The notes beneath the pieces are model-generated. The model was given only the letters and a program-made list of their open reading frames with translations, ran no database searches and was not told the DNA's origin. DNA of 64,000 nucleotides from a virus. Lineage: Duplodnaviria; Caudoviricetes. The position numbers and the translations under genes were made by a program. Location: IMG/VR virus record IMGVR_UViG_3300031992_000038, positions 51,874 to 115,873 of that record, one strand, 5' to 3'. Shown in pieces: positions 20,491 to 31,008 of the stretch (its first letter is position 1; each line of letters opens with the position of its first letter).

Positions 20491-21873
20491 TCAGCCGGCC
20501 GTCTCTTCAGGCGGCTCGTCCGGAATGGGTGTGTCGCCCGGATCTGACGGAACGGACGGTTCAACAGCGACGGGGAACGACAGAGACCAATTGCCATCCC
20601 GGAACCGTATGTAGACACAGTTGGACTCACGCTCCGCATCATACGCCTCCGTGTCGCACAGAACGTTGTTGACATACAGATACGTGCACAAGGTGCTGAA
20701 CGGGACGTCGTCAAACTCAGTGCCGCTCAAATCATAGTACACGGCTATCTCAGCGTCAGAACGCACCGGCTCATTGAGATACAGACGGATGACGGCCGAC
20801 GACATGGAATAGTCGAGCGAATCCCCCTCATTCTTAGGTATCACAGTACCCGGACCCGCAGACTCACCACCGCGGACTTCCACATCATCCGCCTTCCTTG
20901 AAGCGACCACCACGGACGGCGACTGCTGCACAACAGGAAGGTTGTACAAGTCAAAGGCGCTGCCGCTAAACGGACATACATAAGCCGTGGAACACTCTTC
21001 ATCCACGCCGAAATCATCACACCACATCATCGGACCGTTCCGGTTCGACCCGTACAGGTCGGACAAATACCATTCACCGTGCACGAAAGTGCCTGACAAC
21101 TGCCACTGACGGATGAACATGTCAGGGATGACAGAACGGACACGGGCAGGAAGACGCTTCGGAGGAAGAGGAGCTTCGCTCTCGGACGGACAATACTCGA
21201 ACAACGGACGGTAAAGCAAAGGGCGAGAAGTGCCGTCAGAAGTGCCCGGATTGATCAGATGATAGACACCGCCCTTACGGACCAACAAGAGACGGAGGCC
21301 GTTCTCGTTGAACAAGTAGTGACCGGGCACATTGATGCTCACAAACGGGCCGGAAATGACATAAGACGAACCCGGACCGTCATCCGTGATGTAACTGTTC
21401 AAGTCGGCAAGCTGCGTGCCCTCGTTAAGCGCAACCACAAAGTCGACATCGGAAACCAAAACGTCATCAAAAGACAGAATACCGTCGCCAAAAACACCAA
21501 ACTGATGCACCTCCTCACGAATGTCAGGAACCGACTCGTCGAGCGTCGCGCCATCGTCGAACATCCTCACAGTGCCGCGCACAGGGTCGCAATTCATCAT
21601 ACGGTCAAGACCGCCCGGCATGTAATACGGCCCAACAGTGTAAAAGGAAGCATCCTCATAAAAATCGAAGAAGAACCACATGTCACTGCCGTAAAGCGAC
21701 ATGTCAGACAATATGGACATATCCAACGGATAAGACACATTGTAACTCACAGAACCGTCAGAACCGTCTACAACACCGACCCAAGGCTCGTAATAGTCAG
21801 GACCGCCGGCCACATACGCAGCGTCATGCGCCGACTTAGTGGAAAACTCGCGCAAATGCTCAATATAAGACAT
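20491..21873 (-). CDS. EPWV-tagged protein
   Basis: HLREFSTKSAHDAAY..YYEPWV..VSYN. Confidence 0.75.
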   Translation of the reverse strand: MSYIEHLREFSTKSAHDAAYVAGGPDYYEPWVGVVDGSDGSVSYNVSYPLDMSILSDMSLYGSDMWFFFDFYEDASFYTVGPYYMPGGLDRMMNCDPVRGTVRMFDDGATLDESVPDIREEVHQFGVFGDGILSFDDVLVSDVDFVVALNEGTQLADLNSYITDDGPGSSYVISGPFVSINVPGHYLFNENGLRLLLVRKGGVYHLINPGTSDGTSRPLLYRPLFEYCPSESEAPLPPKRLPARVRSVIPDMFIRQWQLSGTFVHGEWYLSDLYGSNRNGPMMWCDDFGVDEECSTAYVCPFSGSAFDLYNLPVVQQSPSVVVASRKADDVEVRGGESAGPGTVIPKNEGDSLDYSMSSAVIRLYLNEPVRSDAEIAVYYDLSGTEFDDVPFSTLCTYLYVNNVLCDTEAYDAERESNCVYIRFRDGNWSLSFPVAVEPSVPSDPGDTPIPDEPPEETAG

Positions 21874-22054
21874 AAATGAATTTCACAATATCACACGTTA
21901 TTCCTTTACCGCGCACGGTCAACAAGATGACCGCACACAACTAAAATTAAATATCACACAATACGCCGTAAATGTTGCGATTAGCACAAATTACAAACAA
22001 TAAAACCCATTTTGGTAAAACGTGTTACCGAAATGGATAGGCATACCCTGGAAT

Positions 22055-22400
22055 CGCATTTTTTCCGGAAAAAAATTTTTTCAGAAGGCACATTGCGCAG
22101 AAAAAACAGACCGAAAAGGAAAACGGAGCGAAAACACCGGATGGGATACCGGACACGGGGATTTTTCCGGAAAATTTTTTTAGGCGGGCGAACGGACACG
22201 GGGATGGAGCGCGAGGGGGAAGAGCGGGGGAGGTAAACGGGGGATGGGAAGATGGGGAGGTAAAAATTTTTTCTGCGGGTCAGATGGCGAACCGTGCCCC
22301 CTACCCCGCCGACTGTTAAACTTTGTTAACGGAGTGGGGGGTTACGTAGGGGGGTCTACGGGGGGAGGGGTACATACCCACCCCCTATGCCCCCACCCCT
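22055..22400. other. Non-coding left boundary: TTTTCCGGAAAA palindromes and G-tract clusters
   Basis: Palindrome at ~22060 and ~22163; G runs at 22200-22260 and G6-N7-G6-N5-G6-A-G4 at 22336-22370, then C runs. Confidence 0.7.
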
Positions 22401-22714
22401 ATTTTCACATCATCAGGGTTGCCGTCGCAGTCGCACCATAGGTGGCAAAACTCGTGCCCCTTAATGGGTTCGTAATAGATCATTTCACCAAGTTCAAGGT
22501 AACTGTCCTCAAACACGTCAACGAGGATAAACCCACCGACACTGAGCGGCACACGAAAGGTGTAAATCATTGTCACCCCTTGCAGTACACCGTTAATTTC
22601 ATTGGGTTGGCGGTCAACGAGGGTCACCTCGTACGTATTAAGTAGACTCTCAAGGGTTTGACCTTTGAGACTGTTGTAAGCGTCCTTAATTGCTTTTTTG
22701 AAGATGTTGTCCAT
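22385..22714 (-). CDS. Array cassette gene, hypothetical
   Basis: ORF directly downstream of a repeat module on the minus strand. Confidence 0.65.
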   Translation of the reverse strand: MDNIFKKAIKDAYNSLKGQTLESLLNTYEVTLVDRQPNEINGVLQGVTMIYTFRVPLSVGGFILVDVFEDSYLELGEMIYYEPIKGHEFCHLWCDCDGNPDDVKIGVGA

Positions 22715-22982
22715 AATCCTTATTTTATATTGTTCAACTTCTGTTCCTTAATCACAACACTTAAAGGTAAGCATTTTATTTGAATTGACCAAATATAAAG
22801 TGTTAAAAATATGTTAAAAGTGTAAGTGTTAAAAATGTTAATTAACTTGCGTATGTGCGGAAAAAAACTTACCTTTCAGTGCCGATAGGGGGAGAGGCTT
22901 ACCCTTGCGTGTGGGCAAAAAAAGTGGGCGCAACCATATCGGTGTGCGCCCTCTCTATCGGTGTGCGGTGCGGCGGTGCTTC

Positions 22983-23414
22983 TCAGTCTTCATTTTCCGC
23001 CTCTTCGTACTCCATATCGGCGACTATGCTCTGAATTTCGTATTTGATACCGAATGTGCCGAATGCAGTGTAGTACCAATCTAAGCACCATTCTTGGAAC
23101 TTTGCGAGGTCTTCCTCGCTTATTGTGGCATTGTCAATGCTCTCTATCACGTCATCGAACTTGCCAAAGGGCTCGACCTCGCTTCTTACAAAGTCCTTAA
23201 TGTAGTCCCAATCCTCTCGGATATTCGCAAAATTGCCAATCATTCTTGTATTCTTGAGGTGGACGTACTTTCTCATATCGTCAACGATTGACTCCGCCCT
23301 AAAGTAGGCAAAATCCTCTGCAATGCTCTCCCACTGCTGATAGTCATCGGCAAGTGCGTCTTTGCACACATTGAGTACGCTCTCATAGACGTTGTCCTTA
23401 TTCAAAAATTCCAT
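22983..23414 (-). CDS. Array cassette gene, acidic hypothetical protein
   Basis: 143 aa, Asp/Glu-rich, flanked by modules. Confidence 0.75.
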   Translation of the reverse strand: MEFLNKDNVYESVLNVCKDALADDYQQWESIAEDFAYFRAESIVDDMRKYVHLKNTRMIGNFANIREDWDYIKDFVRSEVEPFGKFDDVIESIDNATISEEDLAKFQEWCLDWYYTAFGTFGIKYEIQSIVADMEYEEAENED

Positions 23415-23696
23415 ATCCTTTTATTTAAGGGGTTAAACTTGTTGGGAGTGTCAATTCCCTTAACTTGACAACTGAAAGGTAAGTATAATATTTGGATTAC
23501 GCAAGGACTTTAACACAATTAACACATTGATTGATGAAATGTTAAAAACGTTAAAACACTTGTGTATGTGCTGAAAAATGCTTACCTTCAAGTGTCGCAA
23601 GACGGGGAGGCTTACCCTCCCGATAGTCGTTTGTGGGCGACAAAGACCACACCCACCCATAGGGGCGAGCGTGGTGCGGTGCGTTGTTCGGTGGTG

Positions 23697-23972
23697 TTAT
23701 TTTACATCCACCTTGATATATTTGAACTTGAACCCCTTTGGCAGTGTTGTCGTTCCCTCGGGGAGACGTCCGCCCATCAGTTGCGCAATGTAGGCGGTGT
23801 CACCCTTCTTTAGGTGCACCTCAATTCGGTTGCAGTCCACTCCGAGGACAGCGGCGGTGTCTTTGTGTCCGACCGCTGAGACAAGTCCGCTTGGAAGTTT
23901 GTCAACCTCGGTGAAAGTCACTTGTGCGGGGGTGTCAATCATTTGGAGCGAGAAAGCATTCAGAAGATACAT
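23697..23972 (-). CDS. acrIII-1: AcrIII-1/DUF1874 (STIV B116/YddF-like) cA4 ring nuclease
   Basis: MYLLNAFSLQM...SAVGHKDTA...NRIEV.L..GD..YIAQ..GRLPEG matches the family motifs YL.NAFS..M, S.(I/V)GH..T, NR, Q...RL.EG. Confidence 0.8.
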   Translation of the reverse strand: MYLLNAFSLQMIDTPAQVTFTEVDKLPSGLVSAVGHKDTAAVLGVDCNRIEVHLKKGDTAYIAQLMGGRLPEGTTTLPKGFKFKYIKVDVK

Positions 23973-24239
23973 AATATACAATTTATAGATTAAACTTTTT
24001 GGGGTTGTCAATCCCTTAACTTGACAAACGGAAGGTAAGTATAAAATCTGAATTGCACAAGCAAATTAACGTTTTTAACAGTTCTGTAGCAAGTATGTTA
24101 AAAGTGTTAAAGTTCTTGCAAGGTTTGGAAAAAATGCTTACCTTCAAGTGCCACCGCACGGGGAGGCTTACCTTTTCGTGTGGGCAAAAAAAGTGGGCGC
24201 AAACCCCTATCGGTGTGCGCCCCTATCGGTGGTCTATTG

Positions 24240-24476
24240 TTATCGGATGCGCATCACGTGCACACCATTGTAGTCAAAATCGGTGATTGTTTGACCTACT
24301 TGCAGAGCGTTGATACGCTTGAAATCGTCTTGGTCAAGACCCATGCGGTCTGCTTCCTCTTCTGTTGAGAATGATTGTACTACTGCTTCCTCGGTGCACG
24401 CCCAATCCAATCCGCCCTCGACTATTGCGAGGAATGTTTTTTGACCTTGCTTTGTCTTAATTCTCAGTTCTTCCAT
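24240..24476 (-). CDS. Array cassette gene, hypothetical
   Basis: 78-aa ORF with its own promoter. Confidence 0.65.
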   Translation of the reverse strand: MEELRIKTKQGQKTFLAIVEGGLDWACTEEAVVQSFSTEEEADRMGLDQDDFKRINALQVGQTITDFDYNGVHVMRIR

Positions 24477-25175
24477 AATACATTATCTTTAATTGTTACA
24501 CCCGTAAGGTAAGCAAAATAATCGGAACTGACAAATTTTTCGGCAATTATTTTTACCACATTAAGATTTTTTAATAATTGTGTTAAAGTATTGTTAAAAG
24601 TGTGTATGGGTATTGCACAATCCAAAAAATTTACTTACCTTTCGGTACAATCATTAAGATAAGGTTTGTGAATTTTTGTGTGTATTATAGTAATACCGCA
24701 CTTGTCCGAGAGGGATAGGTGCGGTAGTTTTTTGTTTCGGTGCGGTCTGCTGCGATGGGTAAGCCTTCCCGTCTTGCGACACTGAAAGGTAAGGAAAATT
24801 CCCCATATACGCAAGAGTTTTAACGTTTTTAACACTTCATCGTTTAATGTGTTAATTGTGTTAAAGTGCTTGCACAATCCAAATATTATGCTTACCTTTC
24901 GATACAATCGTTAAGATAAGGTTTGTGAACTTATATGTGTTCTTTCCGCACACGTCCGCGATGGATAGGTGCGGTTCTTTTTTTGTCTTGGTGCGGTTTG
25001 CGATGGGTAAGCCTCCCCGTCTTGCGACACTTGAAGGTAAGGAAAATTCCCCATATACACAAGGCTTTTAACACTTTTAACATTTGCACTTTAACAATGT
25101 TAAAGATGTTAATTTGCTTGCATAATCCAAATAAAAGACTTACCTTTCGGTTGTAATCATTAAAGGAAAAAAGAT

Positions 25176-25436
25176 ATGAAAAAGAACATTTATCTTGTAG
25201 TGCATTCGTCATACCTTGACAGTCTCTACACCGAGGTGACAATCCACACTGACTATGAGAAGGCAGTTCGCGCATTCGAGACCGACATCGAGGACATCAA
25301 AGAGTCTACCGATGGAGAAGAAGAGGATGAGTACTATCGCCTTTGTGAATATCCCGATGGGCGGAAGAAGTTCAATTTTTTCGACCCATTCAGCAACCAC
25401 GAATATCGGGTTTCGCTTGAAATCCGTGAATTGTGA
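25176..25436 (+). CDS. Array cassette gene, acidic hypothetical protein
   Basis: Follows module leader. Confidence 0.7.
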   Translation: MKKNIYLVVHSSYLDSLYTEVTIHTDYEKAVRAFETDIEDIKESTDGEEEDEYYRLCEYPDGRKKFNFFDPFSNHEYRVSLEIREL

Positions 25437-25487
25437 GAACGGAGGCGGGTGTCTTGCGGCATCCGCCCATTTATCATTAAGATTGAT

Positions 25488-25763
25488 ATGAAAGAGAAGT
25501 TTAATGCTGAAGAATATTACAACAATGAAATGTGCTTTTATAATGGGGGAGCATTTGTCAGCCTCGAGGAAGTACAACAAATCATTGACTATTGTATCAG
25601 TATCGGATACAATAAGGTATCTTCAGACCAAGAATATTACCAAGTAAAACTGATGGGTAGCAATAAGGACGATATATTATATTTCCAAACAAAGCACGAC
25701 CCATGGAATGATGATTGTCTGTCGTGGCATTGGGATTATGGCAGCAGAAGATGGAGCGAATAA
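25488..25763 (+). CDS. Array gene, hypothetical
   Basis: ATG at 25488 after atcattaagattgat leader. Confidence 0.6.
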   Translation: MKEKFNAEEYYNNEMCFYNGGAFVSLEEVQQIIDYCISIGYNKVSSDQEYYQVKLMGSNKDDILYFQTKHDPWNDDCLSWHWDYGSRRWSE

Positions 25764-26094
25764 TGCGTCTTTATTGGGAACATACTACCGCACCCAACCG
25801 AGAGGTATATCCCGGTAGGGTGTGGCAGTACTCAAATGGGTACAATGGTGGGTGTCTTGTGGCATCCGCTTTTTTTTTTTGCGACCTTTCGCAAGGATAA
25901 GCCTCCCCTTGCTGCGCAATGGAAGGTAAGTGTTTTTTCTGACGTGTGCAAGGCTTTTAACGTTTTTAACACTTCATTCGCAAATATGTTAAAAGTGTTA
26001 ATTTGCTTGCGTGTTTCAAATATTATGCTTACCTTTCGTTTGTCAAGTTAAGGGAATGACAACCCAAGAGTTTAACCATTTAAATAATAAGGAT

Positions 26095-26835
26095 ATGATT
26101 ATTTCGGATACAAAGAACATTGCCAACAAAGTGAAGGAACTCAAGCGTGATTGCCGTCCAAGTTACGGTCTTCGTTTCACCATCGTGGGCGAAGAGACCT
26201 TCAATGAGTTCGCCAAGCACTTTGGCAACGTGAAAGAACCATACGTACATTATTCGATGCCCAAGGCCGTTGCTATGGCTGAGAAGTCCAAGGCGACCGA
26301 GGCAAAGATGGTTACCGCCTACCGCATGGAGATGTACAAAGGCACAGATGGGGAGTGCAGTGCGGACGGCACAAAGTTTATGGCAATAGCATATAAGGGC
26401 GAGTATTATCAGATTATCCCTAACGGCAACGCAAGCAGCAGCCGTTTCAGCATCTTCCCCCTTGAAGACAACCGCGAGTATTATCAGAAGGGAGTAGACC
26501 GCAACGAGGGGCATCCCAACCTTATCGGTGCGCTCACCGACAAAAAGATGTCCGAGTGGGCGGAACACATCCGCAAGTATCAAGCGGAGTACGATGCGAA
26601 GGTAGAGAAGAATGCAGCAGAGACCAACGCAGTAATATCTGCATTCAAGAGCGAGGCTGCCGCCGCCGATTGTGTTTCTGAGTTCGGCAAGAATTGTGGG
26701 ACGATTGAGCGCAATGGCGTGCGCATCAAATACCAAGTGAGAGAGGACGGCCGTGTTTCGGTGGAAATGTGCTTGACCAAGTTCCCACGCACGACTGAAG
26801 AGAAATTGGCATACTTTGCCGCTCTGACGAGATAA
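26095..26835 (+). CDS. Array cassette gene, paralog of 39472-40212
   Basis: Shared AI..(K/N)G..Y.I.P and PN.(I/V)G..T.KKM..WA motifs. Confidence 0.75.
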   Translation: MIISDTKNIANKVKELKRDCRPSYGLRFTIVGEETFNEFAKHFGNVKEPYVHYSMPKAVAMAEKSKATEAKMVTAYRMEMYKGTDGECSADGTKFMAIAYKGEYYQIIPNGNASSSRFSIFPLEDNREYYQKGVDRNEGHPNLIGALTDKKMSEWAEHIRKYQAEYDAKVEKNAAETNAVISAFKSEAAAADCVSEFGKNCGTIERNGVRIKYQVREDGRVSVEMCLTKFPRTTEEKLAYFAALTR

Positions 26836-27187
26836 ATCCTACCATATCCTTATATTCGGTGGACATCGCTTGTTCGGTGTCCGCCTATTTTGCGTTAGTT
26901 CGCTTTTGGAACAATTTTTAGAATTTTCCCTATGGGGATTTTTCTGAATGCCGCCAAATCAGTTCCGTTTTGGAACAATTTTAGCGAGGGTAAGCCTTCC
27001 CGTCTTGCGACATTTGAAGGTAAGCATTTCCGGTGACATACGCAAGAGTTTTAACGTTTTTAACATTTCATCGTTTAACATGTTAATTGTGTTAAAGTCC
27101 TTGCACATTCCAAACATTATGCTTACCTTTCAGATGTCAAGTTAAGGGGGTGACCCCGCAAGTTAAACCATCTAATTTTATACGGAT

Positions 27188-27547
27188 ATGAGCGAGAAGA
27201 TTGATGTAAGAACGAACAAGTGTGGAGAGAACACCACGCACATCTCTTTCAGTGTGGACTACAACAAAGGCGGCAGCAACGTATTTAGCGGTCGCAACGA
27301 GAGCAAAGGGGTTTTTGTGTACGTCACCCTGTGCGAAATCGTTGACAAAGGCGACTATGTTTCACGTGCCTTTGAACCCTTCGACAAGCGCAATTTCAAG
27401 TTTTGCGTTATGCCGCTCGCACGCAACTCGCAGAAGAAGGTTGACGCAGTTCGTGACGTTGTTCGTGCCAATGCGGAGAAGATTGCCGCACTTGTTGAGG
27501 AAGGCGACAAGCAACGTGTTATCGACTTTGTCAAGGGTCTAATTTGA
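27188..27547 (+). CDS. Array cassette gene, hypothetical
   Basis: Single ORF between modules. Confidence 0.75.
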   Translation: MSEKIDVRTNKCGENTTHISFSVDYNKGGSNVFSGRNESKGVFVYVTLCEIVDKGDYVSRAFEPFDKRNFKFCVMPLARNSQKKVDAVRDVVRANAEKIAALVEEGDKQRVIDFVKGLI

Positions 27548-27820
27548 ACCACCAACCAACACCAACCGATAGGGGCGCACACCGATAGGGTTGCGCCCAT
27601 TTCTTTTGCCCTTGCGCGAGGGTAAGCCTCCCCGTCTTGCGACACTTGAAGGTAAGTAAATTTTCCCATATACACAAGTCTTTTAACGTTTTTAACATTT
27701 GCACTTTAACAATGTTAAAGATGTTAATTTACTTGTGTGTCTCAAATATTATGCTTACCTTTCAATCGTCAAGTTAAGGGGAGTGACACCCCACCGAGTT
27801 TAACCTATAATAGCAATGAT

Positions 27821-28210
27821 ATGAAGATTTTTCATTTGGTTTTGCCCACCACGGGCGAGTTTACGAAGGGCAATGTTGACACAGTGACCGCAACCGAATT
27901 GGTTGACAAGTACGACCGATGGCTTGGGGACAAGGTTAGTGATGTGCTTGCTCTTGGGATTGGGCAAAGTCTCACTTATGATGGTGTGATTATCATCTGC
28001 GTGAGTGACAAAGTTGAAACCCACAAGAAGACCTACCGCTTTGATGTGACCTATACTGCAGGGGTTGTCGTTGAGGTAGAGGCGTGCAACATCAAGGAGG
28101 CGAAAGAACTCGCCAAAAAGAAAGCGGAGCGTAATTTGACACTGACACACGAAAACGAGACCACAACAGATGTGTGGGTCGTTGATGTGACTGAGAGAGA
28201 GTTTGATTAA
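27821..28210 (+). CDS. Array cassette gene; N-domain shared with next gene, DpnD/PcfM-like C-domain
   Basis: KTYRFDVTY...VVEVEA.N..EA.ELA. Confidence 0.7.
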   Translation: MKIFHLVLPTTGEFTKGNVDTVTATELVDKYDRWLGDKVSDVLALGIGQSLTYDGVIIICVSDKVETHKKTYRFDVTYTAGVVVEVEACNIKEAKELAKKKAERNLTLTHENETTTDVWVVDVTEREFD

Positions 28211-28475
28211 CCGCACACCCATAGACAGGGCGAGTGCCACACACGGCACCGCCCATTTCTTTTGCCCTTGCGTTGGGTAAGCCTCCCCGTCTTGCGACAC
28301 TGAAAGGTAAGGAAAATTTCCCACATACGCAAGAGTTTTAACGTTTTTAACATTTGTGCTTTAACAACGTTAAAGATGTTAATTTGCTTGTGTAATTCAA
28401 ATAAATTACCTACCTTCCAATCGTCAAGTTAAGGGAATGACAAACCCACCGAGTTTAACCTATAATAGCAATAAG

Positions 28476-28925
28476 ATGAAAACATTTCATTTGGTTCTCC
28501 CGACCACGGGCAATTTTACGAAGGGCAACATTGACACAGTGACCGAGAGCGAATTGGTTGATAAGTACGATCGATGGCTTGGGGACAAGGTTAGTGATGT
28601 GCTTGCCCTTGGGATTGGGCAAAGTCTAATCTACGATAGTGTGATTATCATCTGCGTGAGCGGAAAAGTCGGTTATAAATGGTCGTGCAAGTGCTCTGAT
28701 GGTGGTTACACGGATGAGAGCGATAAGGTCTACAAGACCGAGACAGAGGCATACAACGCAATGCGCGATGCCGCACTGACCAAAATGAAGTGGAACACCG
28801 AGCGAGACGAGGAGGTGAGTGAGTTCGGTTGTGTGACCTATGAGGTCATCTTCAGACCGAACGAAATCATTCACAAGTCCTTCAGCGGCACATACACGTA
28901 CCGCGTTGAACCTTCGACCTATTGA
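28476..28925 (+). CDS. Array cassette gene; N-domain duplicated from 27821, different C-domain
   Basis: First ~62 aa nearly identical to the previous gene. Confidence 0.75.
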   Translation: MKTFHLVLPTTGNFTKGNIDTVTESELVDKYDRWLGDKVSDVLALGIGQSLIYDSVIIICVSGKVGYKWSCKCSDGGYTDESDKVYKTETEAYNAMRDAALTKMKWNTERDEEVSEFGCVTYEVIFRPNEIIHKSFSGTYTYRVEPSTY

Positions 28926-29157
28926 CTTTCGTCAACACCGCAAGGTGGGCGAGTACCACACACGGCACCGCCCATTTCTTTTGCCCTTGCGCGAGGATAA
29001 GCTCCCCCTTGCTGCGCAATGGAAGGTAAGCATTTTTCTTGACGTGTGCAAGCCTTTTAACGTTTTTAACACTTCTGTAGCAAGTATGTTAAAAGTGTTA
29101 ATTTGTTTGCGTGTCTCAGTTTTTTTGCCTACCTTCTGAATATAATCTTCAAGGTAT

Positions 29158-29751
29158 ATGAAAACATACAACACAAAAAAGGAAATTGCCGATGCGGTGC
29201 TGCGGTTCGGCACGTATGGCAAATTATACGCAAAATCCGTTTACAACAAGTGGAACGCGTGGGTGAAAGGTGTGTACTACGACAAGCAGTCCGACACCAT
29301 TTGGGTGGACGTTTACGTGCAAGGTGACGACACCGATACGGACGCAAGCGTACGTTATGAGTCGTTTGTGTCCGATGGCGACTATTGCGGTTCGGATGAA
29401 GGCATTAGGTATCGTCTTAGTCAAGCGGTGCGAGAGGAATTTCTGAAGGGTCTTTATGACACGATAGAGCGTCTCAAGGGCGAGACAGACGAGGATAGGC
29501 GCAAGAAAGAACTGCGGTCGTGGAAGTATACCAACCCTGTGGTTGATCGCTTGTACGACACCATCGGCTTACGGCACAAGCAGTATTTCATGCACAAGTG
29601 CCCCGAGTACACTCGCTACTGCGAGGCCAAACGCGTCCTATCCAAATACATAGAAGACCACATTGACCAAATCGCCAAGTTGGACGAGACCCAAGTCAGT
29701 GAGTTGTATTGGTCGGTAATTTGGGACGCATATTTGGCGGCAAAGGGGTGA
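29158..29751 (+). CDS. Array cassette gene, hypothetical
   Basis: Single ORF between modules. Confidence 0.75.
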   Translation: MKTYNTKKEIADAVLRFGTYGKLYAKSVYNKWNAWVKGVYYDKQSDTIWVDVYVQGDDTDTDASVRYESFVSDGDYCGSDEGIRYRLSQAVREEFLKGLYDTIERLKGETDEDRRKKELRSWKYTNPVVDRLYDTIGLRHKQYFMHKCPEYTRYCEAKRVLSKYIEDHIDQIAKLDETQVSELYWSVIWDAYLAAKG

Positions 29752-29967
29752 TGGGTTTTTAACTTGACAATGCGGGCGCACACCGAACAAGGGTTGCGCC
29801 CATTTTTTGCGACCTTGCGCGAGGGTAAGCCTTCCCGTCTTGCGACACTGAAAGGTAAGCAAAATTCTTCACATACACAAGAACTTTAACACTTTTAACA
29901 CTCACACTTTTAACACATTTTTAACATTAAAAATTTGGTCAATCCAAAAAGTTTTCTTACCTTACAG

Positions 29968-30036
29968 ATGTTGAGAGAGGGATACAACCTCAAAGGGCAA
30001 GGATGAAACCTTGGAGTATATTTTCCATCGCGCCCT
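29968..30036 (+). ncRNA. Candidate structured ncRNA, copy 1 of 3
   Basis: Follows promoter; stems TTGAG/CTCAA, CAAGG/CCTTG, GGAG/TTCC; no ORF. Confidence 0.55.
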
Positions 30037-30289
30037 ATTGTGTAATCTTTAATGTTTCTTTTTTTGTAACATTTTTTTAACACTTAAAATTTGCACATGT
30101 CAGATTTTTTTCTTACCTTCAAGTGCCACCGCACGGGGAGGCTTACCTTGCACAGACGGAAAAAGATTTACATCATTAACATTCTTTAACGGAAAATATT
30201 TGGCCGTCCCAAATATTATGCTTACCTTTCAATCGTCAAGTTAAGGGGGCGACACCCCCACAAGTTAAACCTATTAAAATAATAAGGAT

Positions 30290-30853
30290 ATGGCAACACC
30301 AAATTACCACAAGGCTATGACAAAGCAATACCACGTCATCGAGAGCGAGGATGTGAATGTGTACGACTTGTATGAGCAAATCATGGAATGTGACGGCTTC
30401 GAGCAGTCAAACGTCCACCGCACCCGTCGGGGAGACGTTGTTCTCGGCGAGAAGGAGACTGTAGCACGCTACGGCAAGCGATGCACCTTTGACCTTACAC
30501 TGACAATGCTTGTATCGGTCAACTCGGGGTACTACTTCGGGGCAAACGTGGACTACGAACTATATGCGCACATTGACGGGGGCAGTGATTTCATCCTGTC
30601 ATCCTTCGACACCATCGAGGACGCGGTTGACGCCCTGATGGAGGAGGCATTCGACAACGCCGACTACGATTATGTGTGGTTCAACAAGGGTCTTCAGAAG
30701 ACCCACGAGGAGAGCATCCGCAAGATGTACACCGAAGCCATCGAGAAGGCGATGGAAGAAGGCGAGAAAATCTGCGAGAGCATGGCTGACACGCATCTGC
30801 GCTGCATCGGGGTGTTCAGCAACGGCGAGGCGGTCTACGAGGTTGCAGGCTGA
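30290..30853 (+). CDS. Array cassette gene, acidic hypothetical protein
   Basis: SGYY.GA motif and C-terminal GVFSNGEAVYE. Confidence 0.75.
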   Translation: MATPNYHKAMTKQYHVIESEDVNVYDLYEQIMECDGFEQSNVHRTRRGDVVLGEKETVARYGKRCTFDLTLTMLVSVNSGYYFGANVDYELYAHIDGGSDFILSSFDTIEDAVDALMEEAFDNADYDYVWFNKGLQKTHEESIRKMYTEAIEKAMEEGEKICESMADTHLRCIGVFSNGEAVYEVAG

Positions 30854-31008
30854 CGACAAAGCATCGGGGGCGCACACCGCACCGGATGCGCCCCTACATT
30901 ATACTAAAAGTACTCAAATGAGTACAACATTAACAATTATTAACACGCAAGGTATTGCACATGTCAGAAATTTTGCTTACCTTTGCCACATAACAATTTC
31001 AAAAGATT

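Noticed and set aside
166-21879. Long antisense or alternate-frame ORFs over terL, portal, the MTases and others
   Set aside because: Shadow ORFs of GC3-rich genes with no recognisable motifs
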